Positions 10,390 through 21,159 of a stretch of 64,000 nucleotides of DNA are shown piece after piece (the first letter of the stretch is position 1; every line of letters begins with the position of its first letter). The stretch is taken from positions 96,001 through 160,000 of the IMG/VR virus record IMGVR_UViG_3300021399_000105. One strand, 5' to 3'. The notes under the pieces were generated by a model that ran no database searches, had not been told where the DNA came from, and saw nothing but the letters and a program-made list of their open reading frames with translations. Position numbers and translations under genes: made by a program. This DNA is from a virus (taxonomy: Duplodnaviria; Caudoviricetes).

Positions 10390-11292
10390 ATGGAAGAAAA
10401 ACAAAATATACCTGGAATTCCAAAAAAGTATCAATTTCTAGTAAAGGACTTTTATAAAGGTGCTGATGGTTACTGGGTAATTGATTTACAGGATGGTTAT
10501 ACTGATGGTTGTGGTAATAACTATATATGGGAAAAGAATAAGGCAGATGCTTTAAATATGTTAAAAACAATATATTCAGATTCAACTGAATTAGAAAAGA
10601 GTACAGAGAAGTTAGAAGAGGTATCTAGAAATGAATTAAAGGCAAAAGCAAAAATGCAAACAAAATCGAGATATAAACGTTCAGACGAATATATGGGATT
10701 CACTATAGTAGATATAGATACAACTAGTTTATTAACTACTGGAGCTTTACGTGTAACATGTCGTGTAGGTAAATATTGGGATACAGTGGAGATGGAAAAT
10801 GTATTATGGTGGATACAACTAAAAGCAGAAAATAATAGAGATAGACAGGTTAACAATCATGTAATAAGAGATGCTATATTAGATGCTATAGATGGTATGG
10901 ATATTAAAGTAGACTGTAACTGTGGGGACTTTGTATATAGATTTGCTTATGGCGCAACACAGGGTGGATATAAGTACGGAAAACCCGAAACAAGGCCTGC
11001 TAAAATAACAAATCCAAATAATTATGGAAGCATGTGTAAACATTTAATAGCAATGTTACGTGATAAAAAGTGGCTACAACAAGTAGCTGCTCCAGTAATG
11101 GATTGGTTTGAAAAAAGAGTAGATGAAGTTAATAGATGGCTAAAAGTAAAGGACGGAGAAGAATTAACTCTACCTAATGAAGTAGCTAGAAAATTAGGTA
11201 AACAAGGTGCTTATGCTAAAATATTTAAAAACTCTGATAATGATAATACAGAAGAAGAACAAAACGATAACGAATCAGAAACAGATAACTAA
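10390..11292 (+). CDS. SWIM zinc-finger phage protein
   Basis: KVDCNCGDF...NP...GSMCKHL (CxC...CxH). Confidence 0.65.
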   Translation: MEEKQNIPGIPKKYQFLVKDFYKGADGYWVIDLQDGYTDGCGNNYIWEKNKADALNMLKTIYSDSTELEKSTEKLEEVSRNELKAKAKMQTKSRYKRSDEYMGFTIVDIDTTSLLTTGALRVTCRVGKYWDTVEMENVLWWIQLKAENNRDRQVNNHVIRDAILDAIDGMDIKVDCNCGDFVYRFAYGATQGGYKYGKPETRPAKITNPNNYGSMCKHLIAMLRDKKWLQQVAAPVMDWFEKRVDEVNRWLKVKDGEELTLPNEVARKLGKQGAYAKIFKNSDNDNTEEEQNDNESETDN

Positions 11293-11324
11293 AATATTAA
11301 CGTAAGGAGGTTACAAATTAAGAC

Positions 11325-12185
11325 ATGAAATTTACTTTAGTAGAAGGTTTAAGTCAAAGTCAAAAGGACTTGGAAAAATTAAGTAACATATTAGTCAAGA
11401 AATTTCCAGATTTACAGATATCAGATGTTATTGATAGTAAATACGGTATGGTAAGAGTACAACTAACTTACAATAAACATAAACAAAATTTATTTTGGGT
11501 AGGTCATAATGAATATGCTTTGGGAGATAGGTATAGTAGTTATACTGGAGATACTAAAGACATTGTTAAGTATTTAGAAACAAATTTCAATAAACTTTTT
11601 AATGTAAAAGTTGAATGTTTACATGAAGCTGCTAATTCTAATATATTAAACTATAGTAAAGGACAACAGTATTCTGCAACATACATTGATAGTAAAGGTG
11701 ATACTTACAACGAAGTGTTTACACCAGACCATGATATGAATATTGTACAAGTTATATCTTATCTAAAAAATAATTTTGATAATTTCTTTAAGTTAATCAG
11801 TATTATTGAATACATTCCTGAATCAGTTGACAAATATAAAGAATTACGAAAAATATTAAATGAAGATGATTCTACAGCAGATGATTATGAATTGCCAAAT
11901 GATAGACAACAGTTTGAACAATTTGTAAAAGATACTACAGCTAAATGGACAGTAAGTGAATTTATTAAGTTGTTTAGAACATCAAAACAAAATAGTCATA
12001 ATGAATGGGGTACATATATTTATTGTTATGATTATCTAGATGAAAATGGTAATTTCGTAAATGGATACAATACTTATATTCCATATGATAGTAGTTCTAA
12101 GTTTGTAACAAATTTAATAGCACAAGAGATGGATATAATAGATGATATCTATGCACAACAAGAAAATATTGTAGTACAAAAGTAG
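11325..12185 (+). CDS. Putative head-internal modular protein
   Basis: MKFTLVE N-terminus and internal LHE/LNE sites; strong RBS. Confidence 0.5.
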   Translation: MKFTLVEGLSQSQKDLEKLSNILVKKFPDLQISDVIDSKYGMVRVQLTYNKHKQNLFWVGHNEYALGDRYSSYTGDTKDIVKYLETNFNKLFNVKVECLHEAANSNILNYSKGQQYSATYIDSKGDTYNEVFTPDHDMNIVQVISYLKNNFDNFFKLISIIEYIPESVDKYKELRKILNEDDSTADDYELPNDRQQFEQFVKDTTAKWTVSEFIKLFRTSKQNSHNEWGTYIYCYDYLDENGNFVNGYNTYIPYDSSSKFVTNLIAQEMDIIDDIYAQQENIVVQK

Positions 12186-12201
12186 TGGAGGTAAACAATA
12201 T

Positions 12202-12723
12202 ATGGCAGATGTATATTTAAAAGCTAATCCTTATGAAGTTATAAATAAAGACGACTTAATTATGTTAGATACTAAAACTGGATACGTAGCTAAAAGTAAG
12301 TGTACTAATTATGGAGAATATCAAGTAAATTCCAATTTAATTTTAGGCGTTTGTATAAACAGTAACAATGACTTCCAAAAAGTCGTTAAAATGGATTGTG
12401 GTACGTCTAGGACAGAAACTAAATACACAGTAATAGATGGTGGTATCAGTAACTCACAATATGAAGATACAAATGTTATTGATGGAAAAGATTCTACAAT
12501 ACCAGAATTTGAGAAGATTGAAGTACAAAGTGACGGTATTTGTGATTGTCAGTATAATGGTAATATGTGCTTAGGTAATTTACTATGTATGAGTCCATAT
12601 GATGAAGGTAAAGTAATTAGTAATCAATTTATGGGTAGAGAATTTATAACAACTAGAACAATAGGAAAAGCTATAGAAATTCTTGAAGATAATAAAGTAA
12701 AAATTTTGTTAAATATAAAGTAG
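12202..12723 (+). CDS. Stand-alone homolog of the tail-fibre C-terminal chaperone/cement-like fold
   Basis: ILGVC...GNLLCMS...TIGKAIE...VKILLNI; similar to 21160..21528 and the C-terminus of 613..2811. Confidence 0.5.
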   Translation: MADVYLKANPYEVINKDDLIMLDTKTGYVAKSKCTNYGEYQVNSNLILGVCINSNNDFQKVVKMDCGTSRTETKYTVIDGGISNSQYEDTNVIDGKDSTIPEFEKIEVQSDGICDCQYNGNMCLGNLLCMSPYDEGKVISNQFMGREFITTRTIGKAIEILEDNKVKILLNIK

Positions 12724-12733
12724 GGAGGTATAT

Positions 12734-13690
12734 ATGAATCAAAAAGATAAACTTTTAGAAAGTTTAGTAACTAAACTTATAGAAAGTGATAATGAACAAC
12801 ACGAAAAAACTTTTGGTAAATGGCGTGTAGTTGTAGAACCTAGTAAATTTAATGATAGTAAACTAGCAGCTAAATTTTATGATGTAAGTGACGAATTAAA
12901 GTTTGGGCCTGAAGGACAATATACAGGAGCTAGTTATTATGTAGATGACTTAGTTTACGGAGATGATATAAATAAATCTATAAAAGATGCACCTTATTTA
13001 CAATTAAAATTAGGTACAAATTGGATAGTAGAAAAAGATATATTGAATCAGATATATTCATGGTTAAAACAGTTTGCACAAGAACCTAAAACAGAAGGTA
13101 TACAAGAAGATAGATTACATCAAGCTATAGAACGTTTTAAGAACTTAGGTTATACTTTATATAAAGAAGATAGTAAGTATACTGCTTTACTAAAATCTGG
13201 AGATGAACCAGTTTTAGCTTTATTTTATGGTAAGTCTTCTAAGCCAAGATTTCATTACAAGTTTAAGAATATGGAAGAATTGGATGATTACTTAAATAAT
13301 TATATAAATGAACAAAATGGTATAGAGCAGTGGAAAGCAGATAGAAAAGCACAAAGAAAATTAACAAAAGACCACGATATAAAAGTTGGAGATATTTTTT
13401 ACACATATTGGGGATATGACCAAACTAATAGTGAATTTTACGAAGTTGTAAATGTAAGAGGTAGTAAAATTGATTTAAAAGAGATTACCAATTCTATAGA
13501 TACATCAAATTCAGGTTGGGGACAAGATGAAATTAGTCCTGTACCGGGTAGTTATGTAGATGATGTTATTCATACAGTGTCTGCTAGAGCAGATGGTACT
13601 GTAACAAATTTAGATGGTGAAAGTTTCTTACATTTAACAAAGTGGAATGGTAAACCAATTAGTGTAACTGCTTCTGGATGGGGACACTAA
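12734..13690 (+). CDS. Leader-tagged modular protein (putative capsid-internal effector)
   Basis: MNQKDKLLESLVTKLIE leader; PKTEG linker; C-terminal VGDIFYTYWGYDQTNSEFYEVV domain. Confidence 0.65.
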   Translation: MNQKDKLLESLVTKLIESDNEQHEKTFGKWRVVVEPSKFNDSKLAAKFYDVSDELKFGPEGQYTGASYYVDDLVYGDDINKSIKDAPYLQLKLGTNWIVEKDILNQIYSWLKQFAQEPKTEGIQEDRLHQAIERFKNLGYTLYKEDSKYTALLKSGDEPVLALFYGKSSKPRFHYKFKNMEELDDYLNNYINEQNGIEQWKADRKAQRKLTKDHDIKVGDIFYTYWGYDQTNSEFYEVVNVRGSKIDLKEITNSIDTSNSGWGQDEISPVPGSYVDDVIHTVSARADGTVTNLDGESFLHLTKWNGKPISVTASGWGH

Positions 13691-13720
13691 ACAAAAAAAA
13701 TTAAATAGGAGGTATTTTAA

Positions 13721-16700
13721 ATGAGCAGTAAACAAGCAAAGGAGTTGTATAATATATTTTTGGATTATACAGATGCTAGTTTTAATCCGGCATATGCTAA
13801 ATGGAATTATTTAGATGCAGAGGGTAAGGATGAATTAGCACGTCTAGCAATGACAGAGTTCTACGATGAATATAAAGAGGAAATAGATGATAATATCGAT
13901 GAATTATTAGGTTATATAATGGAAGATAATTTTCAATCAGAATATAAACAATTAAAAAATATAGTAAAGTCAAGTAAAAAAGAATCAAAGAAAGTATTAG
14001 AGAATAAGAATTTAAATTATGGAGATATAATTAAGTATAAAGGATATTTAATACAAGTAGATGACAATAATGACGATAATCCTGAGGAATCTATATGTAC
14101 TGTATATGCCACACAAGATGGATTGGATAATGGTGTATATGTTACAACCATTTCTGCTACAGATGAGGATAATATAAAAGAAATTATAGATACAGATGTT
14201 TTATCGTACAGTATGAGTGGCGAGGAAGCAAAAGAATTATTACTAGACTCTATTGTTGAGGGTGACGACTATTCAACAGATGAAGAATATGAACAATTAG
14301 TAAATTACATTGAAGAGCAATGTAATGATGTTGCAATAATTGAGTCAGAAGTAGATGTACAACTAATAAAACCAATGGGCGGTAATGATTACTGGGGATA
14401 TCCTTTTGGTAAAGTTGTTACAACATTAAAAGATGGAAGAGTATTTGAAACAAACGAAGAAGGTGCAGGTTTAAATGATGCAGTAGAGTTAACAGTAGCA
14501 ACAGAGATAAAAGACGATACAAAACATGAAAAGAAAGCAGAAGCAACTGGAAATTCTCAAAAATATATTTACTCAGATGCAAATTCAGACAATGAACAAG
14601 ATGCGAAAGCAAATATGATGTTATTTAAACAAGAGGCACCAAACTTAGAATTTAAATTACATAAAGACGGTGATATGTACTTCATTGATTTTATAGGTGA
14701 TAAACAAGACATTATAGATTATTTAATAAAACTTGGCTGGTATAGTGAAGACGAAATCAAAAAATTAGATATAATTAGAGAGTTAAATGAATCAAAGAAA
14801 ACAGAAGATGTAGATATAGCTGAATATTCAAATGAACCTAAAAAAGATTTTAGTGGTGTTGAATTTGAAAAAGAAATACCACATACTATGAGATTTAAAG
14901 AATACAGTTTTATAACAGACGAGGATGACGATAATTGCTTATACTGGGTAACTCAACAATTTTTTAATGAGAATGAAGTTAAGCAATTTGCAGATGCTTT
15001 TTCAAAAATGAATATAGCTAAAGCTTATGTAACTGTAAGAGATTTAAGTTGGTATGACTACGCCAAAGATAAAGATGAAGGTGCACTAGTAAAAGTAAAT
15101 AGAGACGGTTCATATGATATGACTGATTATTTAAATAAATGTGAAGTTTTAGGATATAATTTAGATGAATCTAAACAAATTAAAACAGAATCACCAGATA
15201 TACAAGAAAGAATTAAATCATTAAAGTTAATGGACCAAGCAGCAAGATGTATAAACGATGATGATGTATTTGAGTTGTGGTTAATGGCTGGAGTTCCAGA
15301 TGGAGCTACTGAAGAGGATTTTGAAGATATAGCAAAAGATGATAAAGTGTATCAAGAAGTAGAAAATGAGTTTAAAAGGGTTATGAAACTAGCAAAAGAA
15401 AATGAAGCACTATATGATTGTTCAGAAGAGGCACTTGAACTAGTTAAAAAATATGAACCAAATATAGAAAACTATGTAAATGGACATAAAGTAGAAGAAG
15501 AGTATAGTTCTATACAAGACGCAAGACAAAAATTAGGTGATGCATGGCCTATGTATAAAGATGATTTAGAAGGAAAAATGATGCCAGTAATGACTAAGCA
15601 AGAATTTGAATTATATTGGTCTCAAAGAGATGACAGAGAAGAGTATGCTGATACTACATACGAAGGATATTTGAACTCTTTAATAGATGCGGGAGTAAAG
15701 ATAGATGATGACTTATATAATATACTAATACAAGAACAATTAGAAGAAGCTAAGTTTAAAGATAAGGTAAAAGCTATTAAGAAAAGTCTTAAAGATAAGG
15801 ATGGAAGACTTTCAGATAAAACAGTAGAGGAACAAGCAAAGAAAATAGCAGGAAGTATGATAAAAAATGAAGCAAGTGAAGAAATTAAAGAATATAGATA
15901 TATAACAAACCATGGAATAGGTCCTGGAACATTACCTGAAGGTGTTTTTGTAAGAGCAGAAGTTTTACCTAATTATAGAACAGCAATATATACAAATAGA
16001 CCACTAACTGAGGAAGAACTTAGAAAATATGATATTAAACCTGAATGGATACAAGAAACTAAACAAATAAAAACAGAAGGTATAGTTAAAGAGGGTGATT
16101 TAATCCCAACGGGATTATCAGATGCTAAAGCAGAAGATGTATTAAATAGTGTAATTGGTCAAATGTCTGATGGAATGTGGGAAAATGTACCACAAATGGA
16201 TAGATTTTGGCAATATGCAGATATTGTAAATCAAGATGGACAAATATACATTAAAGTAGATAGAGATGAGTTTAGTTCTGGTTACAGAAATAAAACTGAT
16301 GAAGAAGTAAGAAAATATTTTGCAAATAAAGTAAAACAAATAGCAAAGGAATATATTAAAGATTACGTAGACCAAAAACCAGATTTAAAATGGGATAGAA
16401 ATTGTACAGAAAAATGTAGTTATTTAGATTATAATTCAGGTGCAACTATACAAGATGCTTATAGAGTATACGATAAGTTAATGGGTAGAATTGATAGAAT
16501 AAAAACAGAAGGTAAAGAAGATAAAAAAAGTGCTAAACAAGCATTACTTGATTTAAATGTATCAGACTTTCAAGAGTTAAGAGATGCTTTGGATGAAATG
16601 TTGGAGAAAGATATTATAAATGAAGAATATGAGGATTTCTTAGATATTATTTCAGATAAAGAAGAGGCGTGTGAAGATTATATAAGACGTAGAAGTGATG

Positions 16701-17524
16701 TAACCAATACAGACTGGAAAGATGAAATGGGTATAGAAAGTGATTATGTAACAGATGCTATACAAGAAATAATAGGTTCATTAGAAGAAAGTAAGTCCAT
16801 AAAGAAAGAATCAAAACCAAATATGTTATATGATAGTAAAGAAATAAAAACTGAAGAAACATTTAAAGATTTTAATGACAAAAATGAAGTTAGTGAAGAT
16901 GAATATAACTTATTTAAAGAAATATGGGAAGAATTTTGGACTAATAAACCAGATGTATATAACATTATGGCTAGATTAAGTGATAATAAAAATGGAGCTT
17001 ATTATGCATTATTAGATACTGAATGGGCAAATCAAATTAAAGAAAAATATAATCTATCAGATTATGATTTCAAATCACTAATGTGGAATATATATCTTGG
17101 TTGGGAATCAAATTCTATGAAATGGAGTAATGAATCTAAAGAAATAAAAGCTGAAGAGCTAGAAATAAAAGATTTAGAAGCAGATTTAGATAATCCAAAT
17201 ATAAAAGGTGATGAAAAAATTGATATACAAAACGATATAAAGTATATTAAGGATAAAGCACAAAGAGAAAATAGACCTTTAACTGAAGCTTATACTGAAG
17301 GATATAAAGAGGGAATGAGAGCAGGAAGTGCCTTTGCACAAAGAATTAAAACAGCTCACAAAAATGCTTTACTTAAAAAATTAAATGATACACTTATGTT
17401 AGAACCTAGTGATACATATTCAGATGATTACAGAGATGGTTTCAATGATGCAATATATGAATTAGCAGCAAAAGTTAAAAATGCTAAAAGTATGTATGAG
17501 TGTTTTCCAGACCTTAAAAAATAA
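13721..17524 (+). CDS. Large acidic polyvalent protein (1267 aa) with a DarA C-terminal-like module
   Basis: Modules separated by ESKQIKTE-like linkers; YRYITNHGIGPGTLP...YTNRPLTEEELRKYDIKP module at ~15890..16055. Confidence 0.7.
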   Translation: MSSKQAKELYNIFLDYTDASFNPAYAKWNYLDAEGKDELARLAMTEFYDEYKEEIDDNIDELLGYIMEDNFQSEYKQLKNIVKSSKKESKKVLENKNLNYGDIIKYKGYLIQVDDNNDDNPEESICTVYATQDGLDNGVYVTTISATDEDNIKEIIDTDVLSYSMSGEEAKELLLDSIVEGDDYSTDEEYEQLVNYIEEQCNDVAIIESEVDVQLIKPMGGNDYWGYPFGKVVTTLKDGRVFETNEEGAGLNDAVELTVATEIKDDTKHEKKAEATGNSQKYIYSDANSDNEQDAKANMMLFKQEAPNLEFKLHKDGDMYFIDFIGDKQDIIDYLIKLGWYSEDEIKKLDIIRELNESKKTEDVDIAEYSNEPKKDFSGVEFEKEIPHTMRFKEYSFITDEDDDNCLYWVTQQFFNENEVKQFADAFSKMNIAKAYVTVRDLSWYDYAKDKDEGALVKVNRDGSYDMTDYLNKCEVLGYNLDESKQIKTESPDIQERIKSLKLMDQAARCINDDDVFELWLMAGVPDGATEEDFEDIAKDDKVYQEVENEFKRVMKLAKENEALYDCSEEALELVKKYEPNIENYVNGHKVEEEYSSIQDARQKLGDAWPMYKDDLEGKMMPVMTKQEFELYWSQRDDREEYADTTYEGYLNSLIDAGVKIDDDLYNILIQEQLEEAKFKDKVKAIKKSLKDKDGRLSDKTVEEQAKKIAGSMIKNEASEEIKEYRYITNHGIGPGTLPEGVFVRAEVLPNYRTAIYTNRPLTEEELRKYDIKPEWIQETKQIKTEGIVKEGDLIPTGLSDAKAEDVLNSVIGQMSDGMWENVPQMDRFWQYADIVNQDGQIYIKVDRDEFSSGYRNKTDEEVRKYFANKVKQIAKEYIKDYVDQKPDLKWDRNCTEKCSYLDYNSGATIQDAYRVYDKLMGRIDRIKTEGKEDKKSAKQALLDLNVSDFQELRDALDEMLEKDIINEEYEDFLDIISDKEEACEDYIRRRSDVTNTDWKDEMGIESDYVTDAIQEIIGSLEESKSIKKESKPNMLYDSKEIKTEETFKDFNDKNEVSEDEYNLFKEIWEEFWTNKPDVYNIMARLSDNKNGAYYALLDTEWANQIKEKYNLSDYDFKSLMWNIYLGWESNSMKWSNESKEIKAEELEIKDLEADLDNPNIKGDEKIDIQNDIKYIKDKAQRENRPLTEAYTEGYKEGMRAGSAFAQRIKTAHKNALLKKLNDTLMLEPSDTYSDDYRDGFNDAIYELAAKVKNAKSMYECFPDLKK

Positions 17525-17550
17525 AAGATACGTAAATATGTAAATAAGTG

Positions 17551-17589
17551 GAGGTTAGTTATACAATTAAAACTAACCTCTATATTTTT
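17551..17589 (+). terminator. Rho-independent terminator
   Basis: gaggttagtt...aactaacctc followed by a T tract. Confidence 0.7.
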
Positions 17590-17592
17590 GCT

Positions 17593-17606
17593 TGTAAAAT
17601 ATTAGT
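17593..17606 (+). promoter_or_regulatory. Putative late promoter
   Basis: TGTAAAATATTAGT. Confidence 0.7.
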
Positions 17607-17644
17607 AGATTAGAAAAAAAACAATCTAGGAGGTAATAATTATA

Positions 17645-17830
17645 ATGGAAATGTTTATAGAATTAACAACAGGTCAGTTAGTAAATATATTTTGGTTAAA
17701 TAACGTATATACTGAAGATACTGATTGTGTCTTCGAAATGGTAAACGGTGCTAAGTATAAGGAACATTATGATAATGCTGAAGACGCTGAAAACAGATGT
17801 AATACAATACATTCAAAGCTAACTCAGTAG
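17645..17830 (+). CDS. Small protein homologous to the N-terminal domain of 17844..19067
   Basis: MFIEL...LxN...MxNG...E...AxNR shared. Confidence 0.65.
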   Translation: MEMFIELTTGQLVNIFWLNNVYTEDTDCVFEMVNGAKYKEHYDNAEDAENRCNTIHSKLTQ

Positions 17831-17843
17831 GAGGTGTGTTTAG

Positions 17844-19067
17844 TTGTTTATAGAATTAGAGGATACTAAAAATTTATTAAATCTAATGTATATATGTGAT
17901 TGTACTAGTGAAGATAATATAGTTACATATACAATGACAAATGGGTCTATTATTAAAGAGGTATTATCTGATGATACTGCTGCTTCCAATAGAGTTATTG
18001 AGGTAAAAACTAAACAAACTGGACGTGGAGGAGGTCCACAACCAACTGGAACTATAAGTATTGTTAATAACGGAACGTATAACGTATCTAATTATGCTAG
18101 TGCAAATGTGAATGTACCTCAACTCGATACATCGGATGCAGATGCAGGAGCAATCAATATAAGAAAAGATAGAACAGCGTATGTAAAGGGACAAAAAATA
18201 ACAGGAACATTGCCGGTATTAACATATCCTTCTGGAGATTTCGATTCTCAATTTATTGCAGGGGATAGTGTATACACAAAGAATAGAGATAATAAAGATT
18301 ATCTAGTAGGAACTTATCAAGTGGCGTCTGGAAGTCAGCCAGATAGTTGGATGTTCGAAGGAAATAGAAAGATGAAATTAGGTATTCCATATAACTTAGT
18401 AGCAAATAAATTGGGAATAACAGCAGGAAAAATCAAGAAGGGCGAAACAATAGCAGGAGTAACTGGTACATATGAAGGAACACAAACAAATCTACAAAGT
18501 AAGTCAGTAACTATAACAGAAAATGGAACTACAACAGTAGCACCAGATACAGGTTATGATGGATTAAATTCTGTTAGTATTACAACAGATGTACAAAGTG
18601 GGGGTTCAAAACCCATATTACCAAAGGGTACATATTTTAAAGGTTCAACATTTACAGAATTTGACCTTTTTAAAGATTTAGATTTAAGAAATATAGAAGG
18701 TATGGCGTCAATGTTTGAAGATTGTAAAAAACTAGTTTCCTTTGGGTATTTTGACTCATCAAATATACAAGGCATGGTAAGTACATTTAAAGGGTGCACA
18801 GCTTTAACAACTTTACCTGGTACTACTAATCCAAGTCAAATATTAGACACTAGTAATTTAATGTATTTCCAAGATTGCTTTTCTGGTTGTATGTATTTAT
18901 CAAATGATAGCTTGAATGTTATACTTCGTATGTGTATAAATGCCACAAAAATTACCGGTAATAAAACATTAAAATATATAGGTTTAGCAGATTGGCAAGC
19001 TACTACTTGCCAAACATTATCTAATTGGGATGATTTTGTTGCAGCTGGCTGGACCACAGGATACTAA
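17844..19067 (+). CDS. Tail-fibre-like protein with C-terminal BspA/DUF285 LRR
   Basis: IRKDRTAYVKGQKITGT, KIKKGETIAGVTGT, LQSKSVT..PDTGYDGL..V repeats; MASMFEDCKKL LRR. Confidence 0.7.
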   Translation: MFIELEDTKNLLNLMYICDCTSEDNIVTYTMTNGSIIKEVLSDDTAASNRVIEVKTKQTGRGGGPQPTGTISIVNNGTYNVSNYASANVNVPQLDTSDADAGAINIRKDRTAYVKGQKITGTLPVLTYPSGDFDSQFIAGDSVYTKNRDNKDYLVGTYQVASGSQPDSWMFEGNRKMKLGIPYNLVANKLGITAGKIKKGETIAGVTGTYEGTQTNLQSKSVTITENGTTTVAPDTGYDGLNSVSITTDVQSGGSKPILPKGTYFKGSTFTEFDLFKDLDLRNIEGMASMFEDCKKLVSFGYFDSSNIQGMVSTFKGCTALTTLPGTTNPSQILDTSNLMYFQDCFSGCMYLSNDSLNVILRMCINATKITGNKTLKYIGLADWQATTCQTLSNWDDFVAAGWTTGY

Positions 19068-19086
19068 AATATTATAGAATAAGGAG

Positions 19087-19464
19087 GTGTATGTAATGGA
19101 ACCGGAAGAAACATTATATAAAATAATATTAAGACATGATTTAAGTACAAATTGGGTAATAAACGACCCAGTATTACTGTTAGGTGAGTACGGTATAGAA
19201 GATGATACTCATAGAGTTAAAAGGGGAGATGGAGTATCTAAATGGTCACAATTATTATATGAAACATTTGGTGTAGAGGATATAGTAACTACAAAAGTAC
19301 AACAGAATGTAACAGATAATATAATGGACCAAGTAAATACAGTATTAAATACTTACAAACAAGATTATATAAATCCGTTACAACTACAGGTACAACAAAA
19401 TACTCAAGATATAGAAGCTTTAAAACAAAAGGAAAATGAGTCATCTAATATATCTAAGGAATAG
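19087..19464 (+). CDS. Protein with tropism-determinant/hyaluronidase N-terminal-like domain
   Basis: IILRHD..NW..DPVLLLGEYGIEDDT.RVKRGDGVSKWSQL. Confidence 0.7.
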   Translation: MYVMEPEETLYKIILRHDLSTNWVINDPVLLLGEYGIEDDTHRVKRGDGVSKWSQLLYETFGVEDIVTTKVQQNVTDNIMDQVNTVLNTYKQDYINPLQLQVQQNTQDIEALKQKENESSNISKE

Positions 19465-19511
19465 TATATAAAAGTCTATCATTTCAAACCTTTCATAAAA
19501 ATAGATTATAT

Positions 19512-19564
19512 AAAGAAACTAATTAGTAAAAATAAATTGCACACTAATTAGTTTCTTTATTTTT
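19512..19564 (+). terminator. Rho-independent terminator
   Basis: aaagaaactaattagt...actaattagtttcttt. Confidence 0.7.
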
Positions 19565-19565
19565 G

Positions 19566-19580
19566 TGTAAAATATTATTG
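19566..19580 (+). promoter_or_regulatory. Putative late promoter
   Basis: TGTAAAATATTATTG. Confidence 0.7.
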
Positions 19581-19620
19581 AAAAAATTATTAGTTTAAGG
19601 AATTGATGGGAGCTTGTTTG

Positions 19621-19860
19621 ATGAGTGAGAATGTAATTGATAGTGTTGTTATTAAAAAACAAACTTTAACAGATATAGCAGATGACATAAGAGATAAACT
19701 TAATATAAGTATTAAAATGACCCCTACTCAAATGTCTACGTATATACAAAATATGGATGTCACTAATTATCCATTGGGAGCTGTGTGGGTAGGTACTCAA
19801 CAAGAGTATGATAATTTACAAGATAAAGCTGTAAATGTAATTTACTACATTATTACTTAA
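19621..19860 (+). CDS. Small tail-fibre-associated protein
   Basis: TLTDIADDIRDK...MTPTQM and WVGTQQEYDNL...VIYYI motifs. Confidence 0.6.
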   Translation: MSENVIDSVVIKKQTLTDIADDIRDKLNISIKMTPTQMSTYIQNMDVTNYPLGAVWVGTQQEYDNLQDKAVNVIYYIIT

Positions 19861-19885
19861 AGATAATAACAGGAGGTAATTAAGT

Positions 19886-21145
19886 TTGATTAGTCAAGTT
19901 GTTCTGCCTAAAGGATACACAAAGCTAGAATATATAATGAATACAGATTTAAATCCTTTGATAGATACTAATATATTAGCTGATAGTAATTTAGGTGTGT
20001 ATTTAGATTTTCAACTATTAGATAAATCTACGAATAATACTTTTGGAACTATATATGGTAACTCCAACTATAAAAGACATCATTTTATGGTTAGTGGTAG
20101 TAATGTCTTTTATTATTTTAATACAGCAAGTTATAATTTAGGTTCTGTGGATTTACTTAGACATAAATTATACGTAGACCCAACAAAACATGTTATATTG
20201 TATGACAATACTCAAAAACAACTAAGTGAAACTACATTTAATACACAATTGAATTATGGTTTATTTGGTAGAATTGCTACTAATGGTTCATTACAATACT
20301 CATTTAGAGCTAAGGTATACGAGTGTAAATTGTTCATTAGTGGAGAATTAGTTAGATGGTTTATACCTTGTAAAAATAATTTAAATGTTTGTGGTTTATA
20401 TGATATACATACAGGTACATTTTATTCGTCTGATGATACTAATTTTCTACAACCGGGTTCTAATGACATTGTAAATAACTTGCAAAGTTGTTATATAAGA
20501 GGAAAGAGTGTGTGTAGAATTTTATGTAATGATAATGTAGTATGGGGATTGCCTAAAGAATATACAAAGATACCTTATATAACAAATCCATCTACAGCAT
20601 ACATAAATACTAAAGTGTCTGCGAATAGTAATTTACGTTTAGATTTGACGTTTAGTATAAATAACTTACAAAGTAGTACTCAAACTTATCCAATATTTGG
20701 AGGTAGACAATCTACTACCACAAATGTATTTGGCGGTTGGTATTCATCTGGTGTGAGTACAATGTACGGACATTATGGTAGTAGAGGATATAACGAGGGA
20801 CACGGTAATATCAAAATATTAGATGGTTTGGAATCCAATACTATATATAAGTATAGTATGAATAAAAATAATCTATCTGTAGATGAGTACAACACAGTTA
20901 TGACATCTTATACATTTACAACTGACATACCTATTTATTTATTTGCAATAAATACAAATGGTAATATAGATAATAGAAGATTACTTGGTAATGTTTATAT
21001 GTGTCAAATATGGGATAATGATATTTTAGTTAGAAATTATGTACCTTGTAAAGATTCTAATAATGTATGTGGTCTATATGATTTATGCAATGATGACTTC
21101 TACGCTAGTAACAGTAGTGTAAATTTTGTATATAACGAGAATTGA
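19886..21145 (+). CDS. Putative receptor-binding protein with two tandem lectin-like domains
   Basis: Internal duplication LPKxYTKxxYI...LVRxxxPCK..NVCGLYD. Confidence 0.6.
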   Translation: MISQVVLPKGYTKLEYIMNTDLNPLIDTNILADSNLGVYLDFQLLDKSTNNTFGTIYGNSNYKRHHFMVSGSNVFYYFNTASYNLGSVDLLRHKLYVDPTKHVILYDNTQKQLSETTFNTQLNYGLFGRIATNGSLQYSFRAKVYECKLFISGELVRWFIPCKNNLNVCGLYDIHTGTFYSSDDTNFLQPGSNDIVNNLQSCYIRGKSVCRILCNDNVVWGLPKEYTKIPYITNPSTAYINTKVSANSNLRLDLTFSINNLQSSTQTYPIFGGRQSTTTNVFGGWYSSGVSTMYGHYGSRGYNEGHGNIKILDGLESNTIYKYSMNKNNLSVDEYNTVMTSYTFTTDIPIYLFAINTNGNIDNRRLLGNVYMCQIWDNDILVRNYVPCKDSNNVCGLYDLCNDDFYASNSSVNFVYNEN

Positions 21146-21159
21146 GGTAATTAAAAGAT

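Noticed and set aside
4844-21145. Diversity-generating retroelement acting on the fibre genes
   Set aside because: No reverse transcriptase and no template/variable repeat pair with adenine-specific differences was seen in the window
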